Source of the DNA: a virus
Lineage: Duplodnaviria > Caudoviricetes
Reading direction: 5' to 3' (one strand)
Length of the DNA: 33,299 nucleotides
Virus record (IMG/VR): IMGVR_UViG_3300020129_000193
Coordinates: 1-33,299 of that record
The position numbers were made by a program, and so were the translations under genes. Under the pieces are notes generated by a model. It did not search any database. It was given only the letters and a program-made list of their open reading frames with translations, and was not told the DNA's origin. Below are positions 8,338 through 16,461 of the stretch, in pieces; position 1 is the first letter of the stretch, and every line of letters starts with the position of its first letter.

Positions 8338-9153
8338 CTACTCCTTCACGTACGCTTGGCCCTCGCCGTTCACGATACTCCGGTGGTACACATCCCCCGC
8401 CGCGTTGCGGCCCCGGATGCCGACGTTCACGTAGTCGGTCCCCAGTATCTCCGTCATCTGCCCGCCCCAGCGAATCTCCGTGACCGGGACGCCGGACGGG
8501 TCGAGGTAGGAGCGGGCGACGATCGGGTCTTCCTGCGGCGGACCCTGCAGCGCGGGGACGCCGAGCGCCAGGAACGCCTCGCGCGTGCCGTAGAAGCGGT
8601 CCTTGTCGATGCCGTTGGCGTCGTACTGGTGGAGGGTGAGTTCCCGCCAGGGGGCCATGAACTTCTTGTCGGGAATCTCCTCCTGCCAGGAGGCCATCCA
8701 GAAGGGAAAACGGGCGAGCCGCTGGTCCATGAACAGGCCGGTCGGGTCGAGATACCACGTCGCGCAGTAGACCCCGCAGACGCAGCCGAAGGCGCGCTCG
8801 ACCTGCTCGCAGAAGGAGACGATCCAGCCGCCGAGGTCGCCCGTGAACCCGACCTGCGCGGGGAACTCCTCCACGTCGAGCCAGAAGGTCGAGCCGACTT
8901 CCACGTAGGGGCGGCAGGCGTCGATGAAGTTCGCCGCCTCGCGGTCCACGTCCCCGCCGCCCACCGATGGCTCGAACATGTAGTGATAAAACCCGCAGAT
9001 AACATTCTTCGCACGCGCGTTGAGTACCTGCGGCGGCAAGTAGCCGTTGCGGTAGGAATGCCCGCCCGACGCTTTGATGATGGCGAAGTCGGGGTTGGTC
9101 GGGTAGCCGTAGTCGCCCTGGTGCGAGGCGAGATCGATACCTTCTAGGGTCAC
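8338..9153 (-). CDS. Endolysin, GH25 muramidase with an unrecognised C-terminal domain
   Basis: GIDLASHQG, FAIIKAS, GFYHY, WLDVEE (DxE), FWMASW, LHQY and IDKD match GH25. Confidence 0.92.
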   Translation of the reverse strand: MTLEGIDLASHQGDYGYPTNPDFAIIKASGGHSYRNGYLPPQVLNARAKNVICGFYHYMFEPSVGGGDVDREAANFIDACRPYVEVGSTFWLDVEEFPAQVGFTGDLGGWIVSFCEQVERAFGCVCGVYCATWYLDPTGLFMDQRLARFPFWMASWQEEIPDKKFMAPWRELTLHQYDANGIDKDRFYGTREAFLALGVPALQGPPQEDPIVARSYLDPSGVPVTEIRWGGQMTEILGTDYVNVGIRGRNAAGDVYHRSIVNGEGQAYVKE

Positions 9154-9154
9154 G

Positions 9155-9364
9155 CTACTTTCCTCTCTGCCGGTCGTGCCAGGGCACCCAACCGAATGTC
9201 CGTGCTTGCGCCAGCAAGATCACGTCCTCGGACTGCTCCTGGTCACGCGACCAGGAGTAGACGCGATCGGCCAATGCATAGAGCAATTCGCGCACCGTCT
9301 CGGTACGCTCGCCCCGACGCGCCAGTTCCGCCCCCGAGATACGCTCGTCCATGCCGTAAACCAT
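9155..9364 (-). CDS. Hypothetical protein
   Basis: AGGAG SD. Fills the gap before the lysin. Confidence 0.6.
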   Translation of the reverse strand: MVYGMDERISGAELARRGERTETVRELLYALADRVYSWSRDQEQSEDVILLAQARTFGWVPWHDRQRGK

Positions 9365-9372
9365 GTCATCTC

Positions 9373-9528
9373 CTACTGGAGCAGTTGCGGGCCGAAGCGG
9401 AAGATGGCGACGGCGATGCAGAGGCAGACCCCCGCGAAGGAGTAGCCGTAGCCCCGCGAGGTGGGGTGCCAGCCGAAGAGGAAGCCGAGAGTTGCCAGGA
9501 CCAGGAAGACCACGCCGAGGAGTGTCAT
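9373..9528 (-). CDS. 51-aa two-TM membrane protein (not in ORF track)
   Basis: MTLLGVVFLVLATLGFLFGWHPTSRGYGYSFAGVCLCIAVAIFRFGPQLLQ. ATGA overlap with the upstream gene and a GGAGG SD. Confidence 0.78.
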   Translation of the reverse strand: MTLLGVVFLVLATLGFLFGWHPTSRGYGYSFAGVCLCIAVAIFRFGPQLLQ

Positions 9529-9890
9529 TGTCCCTCCGGTTCGTCCGGGCGACCCCGGCGCTTGGGCAATACGACCAGGCCGTCAGGCCACCAGCGATAG
9601 AGCGCCAGGACCAGTACCCACGGGGCCACGCTGAGGATGATCCCCGCCAGGAAGCCTAGCACTAAACCGAGCCGCTGGTCCACTAACCCCAGCGTGGAAG
9701 CGAGCGAGGAGAGGTACAGGAGCGCCAGCAGCGTCTCGCGCACCAGCATCGTGGAGAGCAGGAGGCGCGGCCAGCCCGCCCCGCGCTGGCCCATCCAGCG
9801 GCGGAAGCGCAGGAGGAAGGTCAGTGAGAGGGCGTAGCCGAGGATGCCCACCCCGAGGATGATGAGGGCGGCGACTTCCATCCACGCCAT
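9525..9890 (-). CDS. Three-TM membrane protein, holin candidate
   Basis: Three hydrophobic segments and a charged C-terminus, upstream of the endolysin. Confidence 0.72.
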   Translation of the reverse strand: MAWMEVAALIILGVGILGYALSLTFLLRFRRWMGQRGAGWPRLLLSTMLVRETLLALLYLSSLASTLGLVDQRLGLVLGFLAGIILSVAPWVLVLALYRWWPDGLVVLPKRRGRPDEPEGQ

Positions 9891-10111
9891 CAGGCCTCCG
9901 GTTCGTGTTCGCCGGGCAGCGGGTCGCTCCTGATCGCCGCGCGGGCCTCGTGCAAGTCCTCGATCAGGCCGTCGAGTTCCTGGTCGAACTTCTGCTTCGC
10001 CACCTCGGCGCGGCGGATGGCGCGCTCGACCTCGCGGTGGCCGCTGCCGTTGTCCGGGGGGGGCGGGGGCGGGGGGGTCGGGTGCGGGGTGATGGCGAAG
10101 ATGTGTGTCAT
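9890..10111 (-). CDS. Small coiled-coil protein with poly-Pro linker
   Basis: ATG 10111 overlaps the previous stop (ATGA). Sequence MTHIFAITPHPTPPPPPPP..EVERAIRRAEVAKQKFDQELDGLIEDL. Confidence 0.68.
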   Translation of the reverse strand: MTHIFAITPHPTPPPPPPPDNGSGHREVERAIRRAEVAKQKFDQELDGLIEDLHEARAAIRSDPLPGEHEPEA

Positions 10112-10467
10112 GACGATCGCCTCGCCTTGGTGAGGTCCTGGCTCGCCCCCCGCAACTCGGAGAGCGCGTCGACTGCGCGGAACGTCTGCTGCGACATGGC
10201 GTCGAGTTGCTTGATCAGGGTTTCCTTCTCGGCGTGCAAGAGATCGCCGCGGCGCTGCGCGTATTCGGTGGACGCGGTGTAGATGGTCACGAGCGCGGCC
10301 TGCTGCGCGCGCAGGTCGGTGATCCGGGATTCGCAACTCTTGTCCAGTGCCTCCAACTGGGCCTTGTGGATCAATTGGATGTAGCGCACCAGCGGGAAGG
10401 TAATAAGACTCTGGAGGACGAGAAAAGCCCCGAGGATCGGCCATGTCTCGGGACTCAACGCGCCCAC
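10108..10467 (-). CDS. N-terminal TM plus coiled-coil protein (lysis cassette)
   Basis: Single hydrophobic helix followed by a heptad-rich helical region. Confidence 0.7.
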   Translation of the reverse strand: MGALSPETWPILGAFLVLQSLITFPLVRYIQLIHKAQLEALDKSCESRITDLRAQQAALVTIYTASTEYAQRRGDLLHAEKETLIKQLDAMSQQTFRAVDALSELRGASQDLTKARRSS

Positions 10468-10489
10468 TATCTGCCCCCCGTCCCCGCCG

Positions 10490-10828
10490 TCACGCGTCGT
10501 AGACTTCCCCGACGAGCCGCCCGATCATGCGAATTGCCGCTTTCTCCCACGGCACCACGGTCGTGGCGAGGCGGTTGCGGAGGATTGCCAGGTCGGCGGC
10601 GAACAACTGCTGGCGGCGGGCATCGCGATCTGCCTGCGCCGGGTCCACCACGGGCGGCGTCACCACGATCGTGCCGTCGCCCGCGAGCGTCTTGGTGCCG
10701 GGCTGGTCGAGCGGCGACGGGTCGGCCACCTCGGCGACGCCCGTGTCGGGGTCGGCCGGGTCGTGCGCGGGGAAGAGGCCGGCGGCGAGGATGCGCCGCG
10801 TCAGGCGGTCGTACAAAACCTGGGTCAT
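10490..10828 (-). CDS. Putative tail-fibre assembly/chaperone-like protein
   Basis: ATG 10828 with ATGA overlap and GGAG SD. Lies directly after a fibre-like gene. Function inferred from position. Confidence 0.55.
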   Translation of the reverse strand: MTQVLYDRLTRRILAAGLFPAHDPADPDTGVAEVADPSPLDQPGTKTLAGDGTIVVTPPVVDPAQADRDARRQQLFAADLAILRNRLATTVVPWEKAAIRMIGRLVGEVYDA

Positions 10829-11424
10829 GGCTGGCGCTCCACAATCGTGATCGTCGCCCACTCGTAGAGCGGCGCGGTCGCCGCCCGGCAGTACAGCAGC
10901 GCGTTCGCCTGGCTCGCCACCAGCGTCAGCGCGATCGTGTGTACCCCCGCCGCCAGCCCCGGCCCGATCGGGAACGCGCCCCCGCTGAAGGACATCCAGC
11001 CGTTCGCCAGCGCGATGCCGGGGCCGAGCTTGTAGAGCGTGGCCCCGTCCAGCAGTACGCGCAAGGTGGCCTGCGTCAGCGCGGCCGGGGCGTTGATCAG
11101 GATGCCGGTGTTGACGAAGACGTCGAGGATCGCCGTCGCGCTGTTCACCGTGAAGTTCTGCGCCGCGACCAGCACGTTGGCCGTGCCGGCAACGCCCATG
11201 TTGGTGGCGTTGGCGAGGTCCGCCGCCGCCGAGTAGGCCAGCCGGATCACCGGCCAGTTGTGCAGTTTGTTGAAGTCGGCCGCCGACACCTGGCCCGGCG
11301 TCGTGGTCGTCGCCAGCGCGCCGAAGCGCGCGTAATCCACGGGCAGGAGCAGCCCGCCCTCCCGTTCCTTGCCGTTCTGGATCGGCGGGTAGGGGGTGAG
11401 CGGGGTTCTCCTGATCGCGCTCAC
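10825..11424 (-). CDS. Short tail fibre/virion protein
   Basis: A/T/G/L-rich beta protein (GLAAGVHTIAL..TITIVE C-terminus) in the tail module. Confidence 0.65.
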   Translation of the reverse strand: MSAIRRTPLTPYPPIQNGKEREGGLLLPVDYARFGALATTTTPGQVSAADFNKLHNWPVIRLAYSAAADLANATNMGVAGTANVLVAAQNFTVNSATAILDVFVNTGILINAPAALTQATLRVLLDGATLYKLGPGIALANGWMSFSGGAFPIGPGLAAGVHTIALTLVASQANALLYCRAATAPLYEWATITIVERQP

Positions 11425-11951
11425 GAGGCGATCCCGTTCCCCCGGCCGCGCCGGCTAAGGTCCACCCCCCTGAGGGCCGCCTCGATCGCCGGGCCGGGGT
11501 AGGCCCAGACGGCGGGGGCGTCGATGAAGATCACCTGCCAGCCCTGCAAGGCAAGGATACGCCGTTTCTCCAGGTCGAACCAGGGGGTCGGGTGCGTGAA
11601 CGGCGTGAGCGGGTCGAGGACCACCCCCCGCAGCGCCCGCCCGAAATTGAAGATCACGAAGTCGCCGCGCGTGAAGGGCTTGTTGCGGAATAGCTGCGGC
11701 GCGGTGAGGCCGCCCTGGTAGAGGTAGTCGAGGCCGAGCCGCAATTTCCGGCGGCCCGGCTCGATCCCGTGGATACTCAGATACCAGTAGCAGGCCCACT
11801 CGGTCTGCGGCCCGGTCCAGGAATGGGGCGGGTGTCGCCAGGGCTTGTCCTCGGGCGTGGCGCGGGAGCGGGGCAGGACGACGGCCCCGCGCAGGATACT
11901 CGGTGTCGGCCCCGCCGAGGAGAAGTCCTTGGTCCCGGTCAGGCCGCTCAC
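11421..11951 (-). CDS. DUF559/Vsr-like endonuclease-fold protein, divergent active site
   Basis: The pattern TE..Y..L..YQ..DF..VLDP..H..D.EKRRILALQGWQVIFID follows the DUF559 layout, but lacks the canonical ExDG. Confidence 0.6.
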   Translation of the reverse strand: MSGLTGTKDFSSAGPTPSILRGAVVLPRSRATPEDKPWRHPPHSWTGPQTEWACYWYLSIHGIEPGRRKLRLGLDYLYQGGLTAPQLFRNKPFTRGDFVIFNFGRALRGVVLDPLTPFTHPTPWFDLEKRRILALQGWQVIFIDAPAVWAYPGPAIEAALRGVDLSRRGRGNGIAS

Positions 11952-11952
11952 G

Positions 11953-14043
11953 CTAACCGCTCGCCGGGGCGGACAAGTCCCGCAGGGTGAGGGTGTAGCG
12001 TCCGAAGCGGGACTGCGGGTCTTCGACGCCGCTGACGCGGATGTCCATCGAGGCGTAGGTCTTGGTGAAGCCCTTGCGCCCGACGATGACGGAGTAGTGC
12101 TGCTTGGCCTGGCCGGGGCCGGATTTCAAGACCTCGATCAGGTTGCGGAGCGTCTGCCGGTCCTTGCCGTAGAACTTGCCCAGCACCTTGCCGTCGCCGT
12201 CGAGCCAGCGGTCGTCGGTCAGGTCGATCACCACCTGCAACCCGTCGTAGATGTCCGGCTCGCGGGTGTAGGCCAGGACGACGGCGCGCAGGATCGGGGT
12301 GATCAGGGTGCCCGCGCTCGCCCCCTGGAGGCCGAAGAAGAAGCGGGTCTTGCGGAAGACCGTCCCGGCCTGGTTGCCCGCGCTCGGCAGGGGGATTCGG
12401 TAGGGGAAGGCCGAGGCGCTGTTGATCGTCGTGCCGTAGGTGATCCAGGCCCCGCCGTCCCACTGGTAGCCGAAGAGGAGCAGGCAACTGGTCGGCAGGG
12501 CCAGGGCCGGCCCGCTGGCCTGCGCGGGGTTCTCGACGTGGAGCGTCCACCACTTCGCCATCTTCCAGAGCAGTTCGTTGCCGGCGTCGAACTCGGGCGC
12601 GTAGGCATAGAACGGGCCTTGCTCGTAGGCGCGCGCGTCGGGCGGGCCGCCGGTCGTCAGGAAGTTGTAGACGCTCGCCGCCTCGTCGGGCCAGTCGATA
12701 TACTCGACCGTGCCGCCCTGCGTGACGACGTACAAGCGCGACTCGACGTAGAGCATCCCGACGATGATCTCGTTCGCGGTGAGCGGGGTGCTGGTCAGGT
12801 CGCTCGGCGTTGTCAGGCGGGCGCGCACGAAGGTGGACCAGCCGAAGGCGTCGTTGGCGATCAGCACCCGGCCCTGCGGCCCCAGCCCGAGGGCGAACAT
12901 GTGCCGCGAGTTGCCGGCGAGCGCGGCGATGGTGAAGTTGGCGTTCCCCTTGGGGAGGCCAAACTCCTTGTTCGGCCCCGTCTCCTCGACCGTCTGGTGG
13001 TTCAGGACGTAGACGCTGTTGTTCGCGCCGAAGAAGGAGACGTAGAGGAGGTCGTCGCGCGGGGAGACGAAGGCGAAGGGGTAGTGCGTGTCGTTGGCGT
13101 CGGGGACGCGCCAGAAGGTCGTGAAGAAATCGGCGTCGTTGTAGGAAAAAATCCGGCGCGTGGTCACGACATGAATCTGGCGGTTGTACCGCTCGTCCGT
13201 CCAGTCCACGATGTTGGTCACGATCTCGGTCGAGCGGAGCTGGAAATCGACGGCCGAGGCCGAGGCACCGGGCCAGGCCACCCCGACCCCGGCGGTCAGT
13301 TGCGCCTCGGTGGCGATCCAGTAGAACCGCAGGAGGTTGGTGACGGTGCTGCGCGCCAGGACGTAGAGCTTGCTGTCGTGTTCGATCAGGCCCTCGAACC
13401 GGGTATTGGCCGGGGACCAGCCCTGCGAGTACGCCTGCCCGTCGAGGCTGTAGTAGATCGAGTTCAGCCAGCAGATCACGAAGTACTGCCCGAAGCGCCC
13501 GAAGCCGTTGTACGGCAGGGTCACGGCGGTCGGGGAGCCGGTCAGGGTGGGCAGGACGAAGGTGTTGGTGATGCTGTCGCGGACGTACATCGTCGCCCCG
13601 CCCGCCCCGGTGTTCGGCCCCCAGAGGGCGAACTGGTAGCGGTTGGCGAGGGCGAAGGGGTAGCCCAGGACGAGTTTGCCCGCCCAGCTGGCGGTCCCCG
13701 CGTTCAGCGCGCCCGCGAGGGCGACGCGCCGGGGCGGCAGGGTCGCCACGCCCTCGACTGTCAGGAGGTCGCCGTCCTGATAGCCCGAGAGGGATTCGCT
13801 GGCGACGAACCGGCGCTTGCCCAGGCCGGGGCGGAAGTCGGAAAAGACGGCCTGGGCGATCCGATCGTCCGAGACGATCGAGTCGTCCCCGAGGACGACG
13901 CTGGCCTGGAAGGGTTCGAGGGGGGTCGTGCGGAGCTGGTCGAACTCGTCGCCCTCGCCCTGCTGGCGGGGCAGGGGGAATTTCGCCACCCCCACCAGTT
14001 CGATGTAGTCGCCCTCGTACTGCGTCCCGGCCAGCCCGCTCAT
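11953..14043 (-). CDS. Tail nozzle / tubular-protein-B-like protein (696 aa)
   Basis: ATG 14043 (ATGA overlap). Aromatic, beta-propeller-like composition. Size and position after the adaptor gene fit. Inference from synteny. Confidence 0.62.
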   Translation of the reverse strand: MSGLAGTQYEGDYIELVGVAKFPLPRQQGEGDEFDQLRTTPLEPFQASVVLGDDSIVSDDRIAQAVFSDFRPGLGKRRFVASESLSGYQDGDLLTVEGVATLPPRRVALAGALNAGTASWAGKLVLGYPFALANRYQFALWGPNTGAGGATMYVRDSITNTFVLPTLTGSPTAVTLPYNGFGRFGQYFVICWLNSIYYSLDGQAYSQGWSPANTRFEGLIEHDSKLYVLARSTVTNLLRFYWIATEAQLTAGVGVAWPGASASAVDFQLRSTEIVTNIVDWTDERYNRQIHVVTTRRIFSYNDADFFTTFWRVPDANDTHYPFAFVSPRDDLLYVSFFGANNSVYVLNHQTVEETGPNKEFGLPKGNANFTIAALAGNSRHMFALGLGPQGRVLIANDAFGWSTFVRARLTTPSDLTSTPLTANEIIVGMLYVESRLYVVTQGGTVEYIDWPDEAASVYNFLTTGGPPDARAYEQGPFYAYAPEFDAGNELLWKMAKWWTLHVENPAQASGPALALPTSCLLLFGYQWDGGAWITYGTTINSASAFPYRIPLPSAGNQAGTVFRKTRFFFGLQGASAGTLITPILRAVVLAYTREPDIYDGLQVVIDLTDDRWLDGDGKVLGKFYGKDRQTLRNLIEVLKSGPGQAKQHYSVIVGRKGFTKTYASMDIRVSGVEDPQSRFGRYTLTLRDLSAPASG

Positions 14044-14927
14044 TCCAGCCAGACCTCGTTCGCGCGGGGCCGCGCCTGGCCCGCCTCGCGGAGTCGGCGC
14101 TGGTACTCGAACTGCGCCTGGCGCGCGGTGCGCGCGTCGCCCCGCCCGTCGAGCAGCCAGGGCACGGCGGCCATGATCAGGCGGCGCGGGTCGCCGTAGA
14201 GTTGCTGGCTGTAGGTCGCCATGTTCGCGCCGAGGTCGCCCGCCGCCCCGGTGGACCGGAGGCTGTCCCACCAGATCGTCTGGTCGATGGTGCCGTAGAG
14301 CCGGGCGGTGTCCGCGCCCTGCCAGTTGAAGGGCAAATTGATCCGCCGCCCGGCGCGGTCGAGGCCCGTCTGCCAGACGGCCGGGCTGATCTCACTCTCG
14401 TAGTTCGCCGCCGCCGAGTAGGCGGTCACGCGGTAGAGCGAGCGGAGGTCGGACGGGATCGCGTTCCAGTAGTCCGTCGTGCTGGGGGTCGCGAGTTCCC
14501 GGTAGGGCTGGCCCTGCGTGTCGCCCACCTCCATGCTCGCCATCTTCAGCGCCCACTCCCGCTGGCCCTGCGGGTAGCCGCGCCCGGCGAGGTTGGAGAG
14601 GACCGCGCGATTCCCCGTCGTGAAGGGCAGGGAATAGGGCGCGTGGTCGTAGGTGATCTCCATGTGCGTGCCGGCCCCGGTCAGCTGGTTGTCGAGGACC
14701 GTCAGGGGGAGTTTCGTGTCGTTCGTCGTCGCCCCGGCCGGGACATCCCAGGGGAACAACTCGCTGTCCGCCAGCACGCCGAGGGCCTGCGCGTCGAGGA
14801 CGGAACAGGCGAAGCGCACGCCACTCGTCCCCGTCGCGGTCGCGACGAGGTAGTGGCTGTCCTTGAGGTACAGCCCGAAGTCGAGGAGGAGTTGGCGGAT
14901 CGTGTACGGGTAGGCTACCGCCACCAC
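14040..14927 (-). CDS. Putative head-tail adaptor
   Basis: About 295 aa, between capsid and nozzle genes, with helical termini. Inference from synteny. Confidence 0.55.
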   Translation of the reverse strand: MVAVAYPYTIRQLLLDFGLYLKDSHYLVATATGTSGVRFACSVLDAQALGVLADSELFPWDVPAGATTNDTKLPLTVLDNQLTGAGTHMEITYDHAPYSLPFTTGNRAVLSNLAGRGYPQGQREWALKMASMEVGDTQGQPYRELATPSTTDYWNAIPSDLRSLYRVTAYSAAANYESEISPAVWQTGLDRAGRRINLPFNWQGADTARLYGTIDQTIWWDSLRSTGAAGDLGANMATYSQQLYGDPRRLIMAAVPWLLDGRGDARTARQAQFEYQRRLREAGQARPRANEVWLE

Positions 14928-14933
14928 CGCCCC

Positions 14934-15641
14934 CTAGCCGCGCCGGAACGGGTCCGGCCCCGCGTAGGCCACGGCGCGCGGCGAGAGGTCGCCGGGCGTG
15001 GGGATCACCCCCGTGTGCAGGTCGATCGGGTCCAGCTGCCGCGCCTGGAAGGCGGCGCTCACGATGTCGAAGTCCCCGCGCGCCTGCGCGGTCGAGGCGA
15101 GCATGTCGATCACCTCGGTCGGGATCACGACCCTGGTATGCTTGGGGATGTTGAAGTGGTAGCCGTTGATCCAGACCTTCTCGTCGCGCGGCGAGAGATA
15201 GGGCTTGCGGACACAGTACTTCCCGTCGCCGCGCGGGATCGCCCCGGTGAAGTACGCCTCCATCGTGGAGAGCTGCGCCTGCACGGTGTTGCCGCCGTCG
15301 ATGCGCGAAATCTCGTGCTGCTGCGTCCGCAGTTTCGCCACCCGCTCGGCCTCGGCGTCCTCGTCGTACTCGACCAGGCCGCCGTTCTTCTGGCGCAGGG
15401 TGTTGACGATCAGCAGGGCCTCGGCGTCGGAAAGGCCCAGCGTGATCAGGCTCTCGTAGGACAGGCGCTCGCTCGGCGGGCGCACCTGCGGCGGGAGTTC
15501 GTGGGACAGCAGCCCCTCCGTCCCGCCCGCCACGATGGGGTTGCGCTCGTCTTCCTCGGCGGCCTCGATCTCCTCGCGGGTCATGCCCTCGCGGGGGAGC
15601 GGGGAGGCGTCGGCCACACGGTCACGGCTATCTCGCGGCAT
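14934..15641 (-). CDS. Conserved capsid-region protein
   Basis: The VWINGYHFNIPKHTRVVIPTEVIDML motif is typical of genes following N4-gp56-type capsids. GGAG lies 8 nt before ATG 15641; the track start at 15683 falls inside the RNA element. Confidence 0.68.
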   Translation of the reverse strand: MPRDSRDRVADASPLPREGMTREEIEAAEEDERNPIVAGGTEGLLSHELPPQVRPPSERLSYESLITLGLSDAEALLIVNTLRQKNGGLVEYDEDAEAERVAKLRTQQHEISRIDGGNTVQAQLSTMEAYFTGAIPRGDGKYCVRKPYLSPRDEKVWINGYHFNIPKHTRVVIPTEVIDMLASTAQARGDFDIVSAAFQARQLDPIDLHTGVIPTPGDLSPRAVAYAGPDPFRRG

Positions 15642-15661
15642 GTCATGTACTCCAAAATAAA

Positions 15662-15792
15662 AGCGGGGGGCAGGGTTCGACACCTGCTCTGTGGGTTAGA
15701 TCGGCTACCCGGCGAGGCCGGGGATTTCCGGGCTACCACTACAGCCTATGCCCAGTCTCGTCTTAGGCGTGTCCTTCCACGCCGCCCCCGCT
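15662..15792 (-). ncRNA. tRNA-like structured RNA with a large insert in place of the anticodon/variable arms
   Basis: 8-bp closing stem AGCGGGGG/CCCCCGCT, 2-nt linker, D-like arm GCGTG-GAAGGA-CACGC, T-like arm GCAGG-TGTCGAAC-CCTGC abutting the 3' strand. No CCA. Confidence 0.72.
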
Positions 15793-15800
15793 CGTAATTC

Positions 15801-16382
15801 CTACTGCTTCCGGTTGCCCACCGCGCGCTCGGCCTGGTCGTGGATCATGCGCTGACGCTGGTGGTCCATGATGTAATTGGTCGGCACGTAGCCGGTGTCC
15901 TCGTCGGGGACGACCGCGCCCGGCCGCAGTTCGATACGGTCGTTGATGTTGTTGAGGCCGATCACCTCGACGCCGCCCGCCACGCGGTCGCCCGGGCGCA
16001 GGACCATCGTCTCGAAATTCTCCTTGGCCCCGGAGACGAGGAGTTGGAAGCCCGGCGAGTTGATGTCCTCCTGCGTCACCCGGCGGCGCAGCATCGGCGC
16101 TTCCACCGGGTCGGGCAGGCGCGGCGCGTCCACCACGCGGGGCGCGGGCGGGACGACCGGCTGGAGCGTCGCCGGGGTGCCGAACGATTCCTCCGCTCCG
16201 GCCGTGAGGGGGATCGGCGGCTCGTCGTTCTTCGGCAAGTCCTCGCGCAGCGGGCGGTCGTCCCGCACCACGTTCTCGTCGGTCGGTGCGCCCGCCGACT
16301 GCTGCGGCTCGGCGGTCTGCTGGTCCTGCAACTTCGGGTCGGCCGCCGCTTCTTCGGGGGTGGCCTTATCGGTCTTCGCCAT
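15801..16382 (-). CDS. Acidic, Pro-rich hypothetical protein after the capsid gene
   Basis: AGGAGG SD before ATG 16382 (MAKTDKATPEE). Confidence 0.75.
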   Translation of the reverse strand: MAKTDKATPEEAAADPKLQDQQTAEPQQSAGAPTDENVVRDDRPLREDLPKNDEPPIPLTAGAEESFGTPATLQPVVPPAPRVVDAPRLPDPVEAPMLRRRVTQEDINSPGFQLLVSGAKENFETMVLRPGDRVAGGVEVIGLNNINDRIELRPGAVVPDEDTGYVPTNYIMDHQRQRMIHDQAERAVGNRKQ

Positions 16383-16399
16383 GATGCCTCCTGAGTAAT

Positions 16400-16432
16400 G
16401 GGCCGGGGTGCCCATGCCATTCACCCCGGCCC
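16400..16432 (-). terminator. 11-bp GC hairpin after the capsid gene (leaky terminator or mRNA-stabilising stem)
   Basis: gggccggggtg-N11-caccccggccc, with no clear U-tract. Confidence 0.55.
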
Positions 16433-16461
16433 GCTCCGCAGACTAACCCGCTTGTACCGGA

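Noticed and set aside
8003-8758. 5' extension of track ORF 6197-8758 (likewise the extensions to 14271, 24824 and 31002)
   Set aside because: They overlap better-supported genes in other frames. The true starts have an SD and/or ATGA coupling further downstream.
15662-15792. Canonical tRNA, tmRNA or YrlA Y RNA
   Set aside because: No 7-nt anticodon loop at the expected place, no CCA, too short and no tag ORF for tmRNA, and the arm order is not permuted as in YrlA. Kept only as tRNA-like.
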